Part shown: positions 52,285-62,076 of the stretch, one piece after another
Numbering within the stretch: the stretch's first letter is position 1
Layout of the letters: every line of letters starts with the position of its first letter
From: a virus
Lineage: Duplodnaviria; Caudoviricetes
Virus record (IMG/VR): IMGVR_UViG_3300024346_000003
Strand: one strand, 5' to 3'
Length of the DNA stretch: 64,000 bases
The notes under the pieces: generated by a model
Database searches by the model: none
Told to the model about the DNA's origin: nothing
The model's input: the letters and a program-made list of their open reading frames with translations, nothing else
Position numbers and translations under genes: made by a program

Positions 52285-53334
52285 CTAACTTTTACTTTCT
52301 AAGTATTTTTTTATGGAATTAATAACAGTTTCTGATTTAGTAACAAATGGTGCATAATAATTAACATTTTTTAAAGTTGGATTAGCCGATATTCTACTGA
52401 CATTAGATTGAAATTCATGATTCATTTGGGTAACATCACTAATTAAAAATGTATGAGTACCAACACCCCAAGACAACCATGATAATCCAGAACTAACACC
52501 CATGAAAAATTCAGCATTTCGTAATGTTTGAGCACGATTAAGTATTGACCTATCACCAGTTAAATCAGTTACATTTGTAAGATTAGTTGGTTCTTTAGAT
52601 ATAACAAACACATCATAATCAATTGAATTTAGATAATCAACAACATCTTGCCAACCATTTTCACATTTCCAATGTTTTTTTTCATGACTTGCAAATTCAG
52701 AAATACAAACGTATTTTCTATTGAATTTCATATCTCTTAATTGTTTTTCCAATTCTGGTCTTATCTCAACCATTGGTAAATATAATATTGATGATGCAAC
52801 ATATTGTAATGGCATTTCATCAACCACTACAGGTGAATATTTTTGATTACCATCATTAGATGCACCTATGTAATATTGAGCATAAACATTATCAACATTT
52901 GTATTCGGTGCTACAAATAAAATATTTGGGTAAACATCTTTAAATAAATCATTATAGAAAGTTGAACAAATTAAAACACAGTTATATTTTTTTCTGAATT
53001 CCTCAATGTATGGTATCCAAGCAATATTATCACCTAAAGCATATGCATCTAATTTTATAAATATAACTGAATTTTCTGGGTTAAAACTATTTTCAGCAAC
53101 TAATAACCCATCATGGTGAACAGTTGTATACCAATTCATATACCATTGCACTATATTTGAATATACCGTTTCACCAGTTTTACATTTAACTGATTTTACC
53201 TTTTCCATACCATCAGATTTTACAACATAAAATGTTACATCATATTCAACAAGTAAATCCCCACCAATAGTTACTGATGGAGCATTTGCCTCTTTAGGTA
53301 ATGTTGTTTTATAATTAAACTTAATATAATTCAT
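52285..53334 (-). CDS. Second Aah/TibC-family glycosyltransferase (no Cys iron finger)
   Basis: AYALGDNIAWIPYIEEFRKKY; KHWKCENGWQDVV; MGVSSGLSWLSW; Cys cluster absent. Confidence 0.75.
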   Translation of the reverse strand: MNYIKFNYKTTLPKEANAPSVTIGGDLLVEYDVTFYVVKSDGMEKVKSVKCKTGETVYSNIVQWYMNWYTTVHHDGLLVAENSFNPENSVIFIKLDAYALGDNIAWIPYIEEFRKKYNCVLICSTFYNDLFKDVYPNILFVAPNTNVDNVYAQYYIGASNDGNQKYSPVVVDEMPLQYVASSILYLPMVEIRPELEKQLRDMKFNRKYVCISEFASHEKKHWKCENGWQDVVDYLNSIDYDVFVISKEPTNLTNVTDLTGDRSILNRAQTLRNAEFFMGVSSGLSWLSWGVGTHTFLISDVTQMNHEFQSNVSRISANPTLKNVNYYAPFVTKSETVINSIKKYLESKS

Positions 53335-53375
53335 AAGTTTATTATATTAAAAATATAATAAAAATAAATATTAAA

Positions 53376-53636
53376 TTACAGTTTCGGTGTTGAACCTACT
53401 ATATCTTCCCTAGTAATATCAACTGGTAAAACTGGTTCTTCATATTTATCAACATCTAATAAAGCTGTGTGTGTATTAGATAATATTGTATTGTTATCAT
53501 CAGATTCTAAACCTGTGAATGATACATTGTATAGGTAATTATTAGTATCTGTTACTAATATTACCCATTTGTCATTTAAAAATGTTGCACGAACAATTTT
53601 AGTTAAAGTGATATCTCTATCTGTTAATTTTGGCAT
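53376..53636 (-). CDS. Small protein after fibre gene (possible chaperone/adaptor)
   Basis: 86 aa, 10 nt after the 1298-aa fibre. Confidence 0.5.
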   Translation of the reverse strand: MPKLTDRDITLTKIVRATFLNDKWVILVTDTNNYLYNVSFTGLESDDNNTILSNTHTALLDVDKYEEPVLPVDITREDIVGSTPKL

Positions 53637-53646
53637 AATTTTTATT

Positions 53647-56600
53647 TTAATATGTTTTATTTAGTGTAAATATTTCCGAATAAATTGAATCAGATGCACT
53701 CGCAGTGTCCCATTGTGCAGTAACTTCTAATGTATTAGAAATTGTTGTATCAAATAATGCACTTTCTATTTTACTGAACCCAATACCTTCAATCGAATTA
53801 CTCGATGTTTTAGTATAATTAAAGATACCACCCGATGCTATAGAAGCCACACCAGCAGCACCAATAGCCCTAACTGTAAAATTAATATCTATATTCCAAT
53901 GTTCAATATTTGTAACTGGCATAGTAATAGAACCAGTGTCAGCCAAAACAACAATACCCGATTTAATCCTAATACGTAATTTATGACCATTTACCGAAGA
54001 TACATGACCAATTAGTTTAGCAGTAAAACTGTCACCAACACTAAAGCCATTTGCTGGTATTGATAATGAACCAGTACCATTATTAATCAAAGTGGTTTCA
54101 ACAAGTGTATTTGTAACATCCACACTAGTTCCAGTTTGCGAGAATAAACCATAATTTAATGGGTATGGTGATACTGTTCTATATTTAACGGTACCATCTG
54201 TTGCTCTAACTAATACTTGTGTTAATGAATTATCATTTGTTGGTGTTGAATTAATATTTAAATTAGGTACATAAACCGTATCAGCTGTCGCACCAGTTAT
54301 ATTCTGACCACCTAATACCGCACTACGTGCACCAGTAACTCTTGAATTAGTTGAATGTATAAATGAAGTATTAGTACTTGCTATTGTATTAATACCACCA
54401 GCATGTGAATAATCACCACTAGCCGTTGTAAGGGCACCTTCACTATGTGAATATTTACCACTTGCGGTTGTACCTGAACCTTCAGTGTGTGAACCATTAC
54501 CATTAGCTGTTGTATAAAAACCTTCAGCATGTGAACCGAAATTACCAAGAGCTTTTGTAAAATAACCTTCAGAATGTGAATAACTACCACTAGCTGTTGT
54601 ATTTGAACCCTCACTATGTGACGATGCACCACTAGCGACTGTATAATAACCCTCACCATGTGAATAGGCACTACTAACAATTGTACCACTACCTTCAGCA
54701 TGTGAAACAGTACCACTAGCAGTTGTATTTGCACCTTCAGCATGTGAATTTGAACCCATTGCTTTTGTATAATGACCTTCAGCATGTGACACATAATTAC
54801 CAGCTATTGTACCAGTACCTTCAGCATGTGATGTACTACCACTAGCATTTGTTTGATACCCTTCAGCATGCGAATAAGTACCACTAGCTGTTGTATAAAT
54901 ACCTTCAGCGTGTGCACGAGAACCATTAGCTGTTGTTTGTTGACCTTCGGCATGTGATACATAACCACTAGCTATTGATAAATAACCCTCAGCATGTGCT
55001 GCCATATTTGATGTAGTTGTACCTGAACCTTCAGCATGGGCCGTATTACCACCAGCAATTGTACTATTACCTTCAGTGTGTGATGCAAGACCATTAGCTG
55101 TTGTTAATCTACCTTCAGAATGTGACCAACTACCAACAGATGTTGTAATAAGACCCTCAGCATGTGAATTTTGACCAAATGATGTTGTACCATTACCTTC
55201 AGCATGTGAACCACTACCAGTAGCTCTTGTACTTACATTCTCAGCATGTGATGCAGTACCAATAGCTGTTGTTTGATACCCTTCAGAATGTGAATATTGA
55301 CCACCAGCTCTTGTAACAAAACCCTCAGCATGTGATGTAGTACCACTAGCTATTGTTAATTGACCTTCAGCATGTGAATAAGTACCACTAGCTGTTGTAG
55401 TTGCACCCTCAGCATGTGAATAATTACCAATTGCTATTGTAATATAACCTTCAGCATGTGATACTTCACCATTAGCAATTGTTGATTGACCTTCAGCATG
55501 TGAATAAGAACCAAAAGACTTTGTTGAAATACCTTCAGCATGTGATGTGTTACCACTAGCGGTTGTACTTTGACCTTCAGCATGTGATTGTGCACCACTA
55601 GCAATTGTTGATTGACCTTCAGCATGTGATACAGCACCACTAGCGGTTGTATTAGCACCTTCAGCATGTGAAAAACTACCACTAGCTGTTGTTTGATATC
55701 CTTCAGAATGTGCATTATTACCACTAGCTCTTGTAACAAAACCCTCAGCATGTGATACAGCACCACTAGCTATTGTTAATTGACCTTCAGCATGTGAATA
55801 AACACCACTAGCGGTTGTAGTTGCACCCTCAGCATGTGAAGCATAACCACCAGCTCTTGTAACAAAACCTTCAGCATGTGACGTAATACCACTAGCTGTT
55901 GTTTGATATCCTTCAGCATGTGAATATTGACCAACAGCGGCTGTATTTTGACCTTCAACATGTGAATAATTACCAATAGCTGTTGTTTGAAAACCTTCAG
56001 CATGTGATGCACCACCACTAGCTGTTGTTAAACTACCTTCAGCATGTGATGCTTGACCAACAGCGTCTGTATAATAACCTTCAGCATGTGAATAATTACC
56101 AATAGCTGTTGTTTGAAGACCTTCAGCATGTGATGTATTACCACTAGCGGTTGTACTTTGACCTTCAGCATGTGAATATAATCCAGTTGCAATAACATCT
56201 TTACCAAATGCAAATGCTGTTCTTTGAAACGTAGTTGATACATAATAAAATGTATTACCACTAATTAATGTGTAGTTTGAACCAACTAATGATGAATCAA
56301 CTATGTACGTTGATGAAACGCCATCATAATAAATGTCATATACACTACAACCAACATTTAATATTTCGGTTCCAGATGAACCAGATATTAAAAATTCAGA
56401 ACAAAAATTCCATATATATTCTTGCCATGAAGCAGTTACATCACCAGGTAATATAATTGCTGGGTATGAATAATTTGGGTCTGAATTAGTAAATGAACAA
56501 CCACTAATTATTGTTATTGGTGTTTGTGTGTTTATTATTTCAGCTGCATTTACAACCGCATTTTCACCAAATGCAATTCCAAATGAGTTATTAACTGATG

Positions 56601-57543
56601 AACCACTACTTTGAATTGAATTATGTATTGTAATTGGTGAGCAACCGTGTAAATTAGAAACCCATAAATCCCCGATACAATTTCCAGATGTATTACCTGT
56701 AAACTCTATTGAAGATAAATCTAACGTATAAGCTGATAATGCATCGGTTCTATCAAAATATGCGACTGTACCAATTAATGTTGACCCAGTTGTATAATAA
56801 TTTGTATAACCAGTTAAGAATCCATTTACATTGAATGTACCACCTGTGTTATTCGTAAAGGTAGCGACACCATTACTTTGGTTATAAGTACCACCAGTGA
56901 TAAATATTTCAGTACTACCAGTATAGAATCCATTTACATTAAACGTACCACCCGTATTATTAGTGAATATAGCAGTACCGTTAGAATAAGTACCACCTGT
57001 AACTAATACTTCAACACCACCAGTGTAAAACCCATTTACGTTAAATGTACCACCTGTATTATTAGTAAAGGTAGCAGTACCGTTAGAATAAGTACCTCCA
57101 GTAACCACCGTATCAAATTGAGGTAACTCAACTAATAATGTAGTACCATTACCACTAATACTACCACCACTAAGTATAATATCACCGTTTAATACAACTA
57201 ATTGAGCACCATCATTCAATTTAAGCAACCCTTCAATATATAAGTCACCATAAATAAAACTTTGATAACCATTAGCTATTTCAACAGTTGTACCTGAAGG
57301 TATATGCCATCTATTCCCCTCAGCTTCAAATTGAGTTAAATCAACAAATATATCATTACCATTAATTTTATTTAAAATTAAATTAGTACCAGAGGTTTGT
57401 GCTGAATATATAAGTTCACCCTTTAAGTATATGAAGTTATTATCAACATCAGCCCAAGACAATACACTACCCGTAGTGATATCATTAAATGGTGTAATCC
57501 ATGGACTATTTAAACTCCTTAATATTAGTTTATTATTTGGCAT
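53647..57543 (-). CDS. Long fibre with TGGTY repeats and YadA-head-like repeats
   Basis: Three TGGTY.NG.ATFTNNTGGTFNVNGF units; about 43 14-aa SHAEG repeats (about 54350-56200); C-terminal beta domain. Confidence 0.8.
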   Translation of the reverse strand: MPNNKLILRSLNSPWITPFNDITTGSVLSWADVDNNFIYLKGELIYSAQTSGTNLILNKINGNDIFVDLTQFEAEGNRWHIPSGTTVEIANGYQSFIYGDLYIEGLLKLNDGAQLVVLNGDIILSGGSISGNGTTLLVELPQFDTVVTGGTYSNGTATFTNNTGGTFNVNGFYTGGVEVLVTGGTYSNGTAIFTNNTGGTFNVNGFYTGSTEIFITGGTYNQSNGVATFTNNTGGTFNVNGFLTGYTNYYTTGSTLIGTVAYFDRTDALSAYTLDLSSIEFTGNTSGNCIGDLWVSNLHGCSPITIHNSIQSSGSSVNNSFGIAFGENAVVNAAEIINTQTPITIISGCSFTNSDPNYSYPAIILPGDVTASWQEYIWNFCSEFLISGSSGTEILNVGCSVYDIYYDGVSSTYIVDSSLVGSNYTLISGNTFYYVSTTFQRTAFAFGKDVIATGLYSHAEGQSTTASGNTSHAEGLQTTAIGNYSHAEGYYTDAVGQASHAEGSLTTASGGASHAEGFQTTAIGNYSHVEGQNTAAVGQYSHAEGYQTTASGITSHAEGFVTRAGGYASHAEGATTTASGVYSHAEGQLTIASGAVSHAEGFVTRASGNNAHSEGYQTTASGSFSHAEGANTTASGAVSHAEGQSTIASGAQSHAEGQSTTASGNTSHAEGISTKSFGSYSHAEGQSTIANGEVSHAEGYITIAIGNYSHAEGATTTASGTYSHAEGQLTIASGTTSHAEGFVTRAGGQYSHSEGYQTTAIGTASHAENVSTRATGSGSHAEGNGTTSFGQNSHAEGLITTSVGSWSHSEGRLTTANGLASHTEGNSTIAGGNTAHAEGSGTTTSNMAAHAEGYLSIASGYVSHAEGQQTTANGSRAHAEGIYTTASGTYSHAEGYQTNASGSTSHAEGTGTIAGNYVSHAEGHYTKAMGSNSHAEGANTTASGTVSHAEGSGTIVSSAYSHGEGYYTVASGASSHSEGSNTTASGSYSHSEGYFTKALGNFGSHAEGFYTTANGNGSHTEGSGTTASGKYSHSEGALTTASGDYSHAGGINTIASTNTSFIHSTNSRVTGARSAVLGGQNITGATADTVYVPNLNINSTPTNDNSLTQVLVRATDGTVKYRTVSPYPLNYGLFSQTGTSVDVTNTLVETTLINNGTGSLSIPANGFSVGDSFTAKLIGHVSSVNGHKLRIRIKSGIVVLADTGSITMPVTNIEHWNIDINFTVRAIGAAGVASIASGGIFNYTKTSSNSIEGIGFSKIESALFDTTISNTLEVTAQWDTASASDSIYSEIFTLNKTY

Positions 57544-57600
57544 TATTCTTTTTTATTATAAATATGTTACAATTAATTTATTTAGGAACTTTATCACCCC

Positions 57601-57978
57601 TTACAATTTCCCAATAATTGAAGCCCAATTACTTTTAGTGTCAGTTACTTTTTGAGTCATGTTTGGATTATCCAATAGAATTTCTACTTCTTTAGCATAA
57701 TCTTTTGTGGTGTCAATAGTTACGTTTGTTGTCGCTATAACAGATATAGGGTTATTTTTATCTCCAGCATTTACTGTTATTGACAAAACAAAAGTTAATC
57801 TTTCCGCTATTGTTAATATATCTCCGTTTAATGATACACCGTTAGGGACTTCATTAGTAAAACTATACGAATAAGGACCGTTAAAACCTTTTGTTATTAC
57901 ATCATCTAAAAAATATTCAGTATTTTGTTTTTCATAATTTGATGAAAGTATTTGTGTATTAAAATTTGCACTTGCCAT
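57601..57978 (-). CDS. Small protein after fibre gene
   Basis: 125 aa, follows the 1230-aa gene. Confidence 0.5.
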   Translation of the reverse strand: MASANFNTQILSSNYEKQNTEYFLDDVITKGFNGPYSYSFTNEVPNGVSLNGDILTIAERLTFVLSITVNAGDKNNPISVIATTNVTIDTTKDYAKEVEILLDNPNMTQKVTDTKSNWASIIGKL

Positions 57979-58007
57979 TTTATTTTTATTTTTTAATTTT
58001 CTTATTA

Positions 58008-61000
58008 TTATGCATCAATGTTAGTTATGTTTAACACATCTGAGTTATCGTAGTAAGATAATCTAGGTGTACCATCTTGTCTACCGAATATTGTACAATT
58101 ATATACACCATAAACGTGTGTTGCTGGCCCACTAGTAAAATCAATACTATTAACCCAAAAGTCTACTATATTATATTGGAAACTATTATCAATAACATTT
58201 TGTTGGAAATTATCGGTTGTAATTCTATTATTGTAAAATTGTGAACCAATAGTATTGTCATAAAAATAGTAGCTAATAAAATTAGAACAGAAATTATTAC
58301 CAACACTGTTATTGTTAAATCCAAAACCTACTTCGTTACTGTAAAAGTCTGTTCCAATTGAATTGTTGTTAAAACCACCACCAATATTATTACCATAGAA
58401 TGTTCCAGCAGTGTTGTTGTTATTGAATCTATTACCAATTTCATTATTATGGAATATATTACCACCTCCACCACTTAACGTATTAGTAAAAAACTCATTT
58501 CCGATGTCATTTCTAAAAAATTCCGCATCAACTTGGTTACCATAGAATTTGTTACCAATTAAGTTATCGTAAAATTCATAATTAATAACGTTACCCCCAC
58601 TAGTATTAGAACCGTCATCACCAAAGTAATTACCGATGTTGTTATTGTTAAATCCAGTAGAAATAATGTTTTGTGTTCCACTACCAGCGTTACCAAAGAA
58701 ATGACCAACCTTGTTATATTGGAAATCAGTATCAATTTCGTTAAACGCTGAGTAGTTACCCAAATTATTAGATATAAAGTTATCACCAATTTCAGTTGGG
58801 AATCCACCAATACCTGAGTTACCGACAAATAAATTCCCTATTGTATTATTGTTGTTGTTTGACCCAAAAACGTTAAGCCAAAAATCATTACCAATTTTAT
58901 TATTGTCAAAATTTAAATTAAAAGCAGAATAAATGCAGTTGTCACCTATCTCGTTGAATTGGAATCCATCATTTATAATGTTACCACCATCAGTTCCAGT
59001 TCCCCCACCTACTGTAGGAAAATTTAACTCATTACCGAAGAAATTTCCAATCTTGTTATATTTAAAGTCATTGAATATTATATTTTGGATGACACCCCCA
59101 TTTTGACCAAAATAGTTGCCTATGTCATTACTTTCAAAACCATTTAATATAGAGTTTCCTATGAAATAGTTTTTAATTGTGTTATTGATAAATTGATTAC
59201 CTATAGTGTTATTATTGAAATAATTCTCAATAGTGTTATTCTCAAATTCATCTCCAATAGAGTTACTATTAAAATAATTGTTAATTGAGTTAGCCTCAAA
59301 GTTATCACCAATTGTATTGTTGGTAAAGTAATTACCTATAACATTATTGTACATAAATTGACCAATCGTATTATTCTGAAAAGTGTCATTTATTACATTA
59401 CCTTGAGCTTGACTGCCTCCGAAACCAAAATCATTTCCTATTGTGTTATCTTGAAACTCATTTCCTATTTTATTATAAGAAAAATTTTTCCCATTATTAG
59501 GTTCGGTATATATAGAGTTCCATTGAGTATCTGCTGGTGAAACTGAACCATTCCAAGAACCTTCAGAAACAATGTTATAAATACCATTTTGAACACCTCT
59601 AGTTATTTCAAGAACACCTGGAACAATAACATCTACCTCAGAACCATAATTAGTTTTAGTAAATAAAACTAAATTACCTACTAATGTACCACCAGAAGTA
59701 ATTTCTTGTCTTTCGTATTGGAATCCACCTCCATTTGCATTTTGTGTCCATTGTGTGAATTTAATTTTAAAATATTGTGATGTAGAGATAACTCTCATAA
59801 CTAACTCTTTACCTAAAATATAATTACCTATTTGACCATTAAGTGAATTAAGAAAAGTATCATATGTTCTTGTTGATACTGTCGATAAGTCTGACCACCC
59901 AAATAAATCTAAGTTAGATGGTAGATTACTTCTAAAATTTGTACCTATATCGTTGGTATTAAATTCATTACTAATAACATTATTATAAAAACTGTATTTA
60001 GTAGTATTTTCATTAAAACTATCATTAACTGTATTATTATTAAAAGCGTTACCAATTTCGTTTACACTAAAATAACTACCAATAGTATTATTATTAAACC
60101 CATTAAGTATTGTATTACCTTGAGATTCACCATTAATAGTATTCTCTTGGTAGTTTGTACCAATTTGATTGTTTTGGAAATTTTGTCTTATAATATTGTT
60201 GTTAAAATTATTACGAATATAATTTCTATAGAATTCAAAATTATCTAGGTTACCAAAGTCACCAATTGTATTATCTTGGAAGTTATCTAATATTTCATTT
60301 TTATAAAAACCATGATAAATAAGATTGTTACTAAAACCATTACCAATAATGTTGTCTTCAAAATCAGTACCATTCCCATTCAATAATCGGTTATTATTAA
60401 AATCATTACCAATATGGTTAGAGGTTAAATTTGCATTTATTAAGTTACGATTAAAATAATGACCTATAATACAATCATCAATATCGTTTACTGACACATT
60501 TTCATAACACCAATCCCCCCAAACATTATTTTGGTTGTCAGTTCCAAATGTGTTGTTATAACAATAATCACCAAATTTATTACTTTCATACTGACCTTCT
60601 AAGAATACGTTGTTTGCTAAAATAAAAGTTCCACTACCGATATTTGTGTAGTTATTAGCGTAATTACCAATATATGTATTTTTAGCATAATCATTTGATA
60701 TTGCGTCACCGAATGTTGTGTATTCTATAAAATCATCTGTTTTAACATTCGTTCTTTTAAAGTTAAAATAACCACTAGAATCATTCGTTTCTTCTATTGT
60801 TTTATAAAACTCAAACCCACCACCAAAGGTAGAAAGTGTATCACCAGTAATCGACATTAAAGTATCACCTGATATATGCACCACTTCAAAATAACTTGGG
60901 TTTATACCTGGTACATATATAACATCACCAACGGATAAATTTGTAAACTGTGTTGTAGTACCAGTTACATTATTAAGGTTAGTACTTGTTATTTCTATTG

Positions 61001-61700
61001 TACCATTTAAAGGTTGGTCTTGTCTATATGTGTATAATCTATATCTTTTAAATAAAATTGTTCTATGGTCATAATCAGTTCTATTATTGAATTCATCAAC
61101 TCTTTCAGTAATTCTACCATAAGCAACACCACCAGTAACTTCAGTTGTTGAATATGACCAATCATACGTTATTTTATCATTTGGATACATTGACTGATAC
61201 GCTTGATTTGAAATTGTATTAATTGATGTTGCAAGAACCATTAAAGGTTCAACAGGACCCTGTTTGTAATTACCTGTGATACCTGTATTAATAATAGGAC
61301 TATTATTATAATCAAAATCAGGTTGGTCATAACATGTTTGGAAGTCTGTTATTAAATAGTAACTACCATTTGATAACCCACTAGTAGTTATTAGGTCTGT
61401 TAACCCACTATATGACACATCAACAACACCAGCTTGTGGTAAATTTAAATAAGTTGTTGCTGAAAACGTAGTTGCACTTAATCCATTTGTAAATACCGTA
61501 TTACCCGTGATAGTTCCACCAGTAAATGAACCACCACTAGTAAAGTCATCAACACCCCCACTAGGGTTTAGTAGTTTATAATACCCATCTGTATCAACAC
61601 CAACATAATATGTGTTAGGTGATGCTGGTATATTATTAATATTCTCACCTGTAATATATACAGTTGTTTTACCATTGTTTTGTTGAATTATTCTTCCCAT
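58008..61700 (-). CDS. Asn-rich beta-solenoid fibre/spike protein
   Basis: Many 11-aa N.IGN.F..N repeats; YLITDF.T-type N-terminal module; C-terminus G..RLSYYD. Confidence 0.7.
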   Translation of the reverse strand: MGRIIQQNNGKTTVYITGENINNIPASPNTYYVGVDTDGYYKLLNPSGGVDDFTSGGSFTGGTITGNTVFTNGLSATTFSATTYLNLPQAGVVDVSYSGLTDLITTSGLSNGSYYLITDFQTCYDQPDFDYNNSPIINTGITGNYKQGPVEPLMVLATSINTISNQAYQSMYPNDKITYDWSYSTTEVTGGVAYGRITERVDEFNNRTDYDHRTILFKRYRLYTYRQDQPLNGTIEITSTNLNNVTGTTTQFTNLSVGDVIYVPGINPSYFEVVHISGDTLMSITGDTLSTFGGGFEFYKTIEETNDSSGYFNFKRTNVKTDDFIEYTTFGDAISNDYAKNTYIGNYANNYTNIGSGTFILANNVFLEGQYESNKFGDYCYNNTFGTDNQNNVWGDWCYENVSVNDIDDCIIGHYFNRNLINANLTSNHIGNDFNNNRLLNGNGTDFEDNIIGNGFSNNLIYHGFYKNEILDNFQDNTIGDFGNLDNFEFYRNYIRNNFNNNIIRQNFQNNQIGTNYQENTINGESQGNTILNGFNNNTIGSYFSVNEIGNAFNNNTVNDSFNENTTKYSFYNNVISNEFNTNDIGTNFRSNLPSNLDLFGWSDLSTVSTRTYDTFLNSLNGQIGNYILGKELVMRVISTSQYFKIKFTQWTQNANGGGFQYERQEITSGGTLVGNLVLFTKTNYGSEVDVIVPGVLEITRGVQNGIYNIVSEGSWNGSVSPADTQWNSIYTEPNNGKNFSYNKIGNEFQDNTIGNDFGFGGSQAQGNVINDTFQNNTIGQFMYNNVIGNYFTNNTIGDNFEANSINNYFNSNSIGDEFENNTIENYFNNNTIGNQFINNTIKNYFIGNSILNGFESNDIGNYFGQNGGVIQNIIFNDFKYNKIGNFFGNELNFPTVGGGTGTDGGNIINDGFQFNEIGDNCIYSAFNLNFDNNKIGNDFWLNVFGSNNNNNTIGNLFVGNSGIGGFPTEIGDNFISNNLGNYSAFNEIDTDFQYNKVGHFFGNAGSGTQNIISTGFNNNNIGNYFGDDGSNTSGGNVINYEFYDNLIGNKFYGNQVDAEFFRNDIGNEFFTNTLSGGGGNIFHNNEIGNRFNNNNTAGTFYGNNIGGGFNNNSIGTDFYSNEVGFGFNNNSVGNNFCSNFISYYFYDNTIGSQFYNNRITTDNFQQNVIDNSFQYNIVDFWVNSIDFTSGPATHVYGVYNCTIFGRQDGTPRLSYYDNSDVLNITNIDA

Positions 61701-61734
61701 TTTTTTTCCTTTTTTATATAAATATCTTATTATT

Positions 61735-62073
61735 TTATATATTACTTAATTTTTTAATTAAAGTGATAAAATTATTAACAATTGTTCTATCATTTGTGTT
61801 TAAAGTTAGATAATCAATATCACTCATTTCAGTTAAAACATTATTTGGTGTAACCATAGTACAATCAAAATATATTGGAGAATTGTTAATATTAACCATA
61901 GTATTAAAACTTGTTAAATTTGTAAATTCATTTATAATAAATTTATCTGAATCAGATAAATCATTAATATTACTATTAAATTGAGATAATGTATTATCTG
62001 ACATTGTTACCATACCCATTAGTATGTTTGTTAATTCGGGTAAATTACTACCATATAAAATCGTACTATTCAT
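61735..62073 (-). CDS. Small protein after fibre gene
   Basis: 112 aa, 3 nt after the upstream fibre. Confidence 0.5.
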   Translation of the reverse strand: MNSTILYGSNLPELTNILMGMVTMSDNTLSQFNSNINDLSDSDKFIINEFTNLTSFNTMVNINNSPIYFDCTMVTPNNVLTEMSDIDYLTLNTNDRTIVNNFITLIKKLSNI

Positions 62074-62076
62074 AAT

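Noticed and set aside
54381-56456. Alternate-frame HMLKV ORFs over the SHAEG repeats
   Set aside because: Frame-shifted translation of the same 42-nt repeat; artefact.
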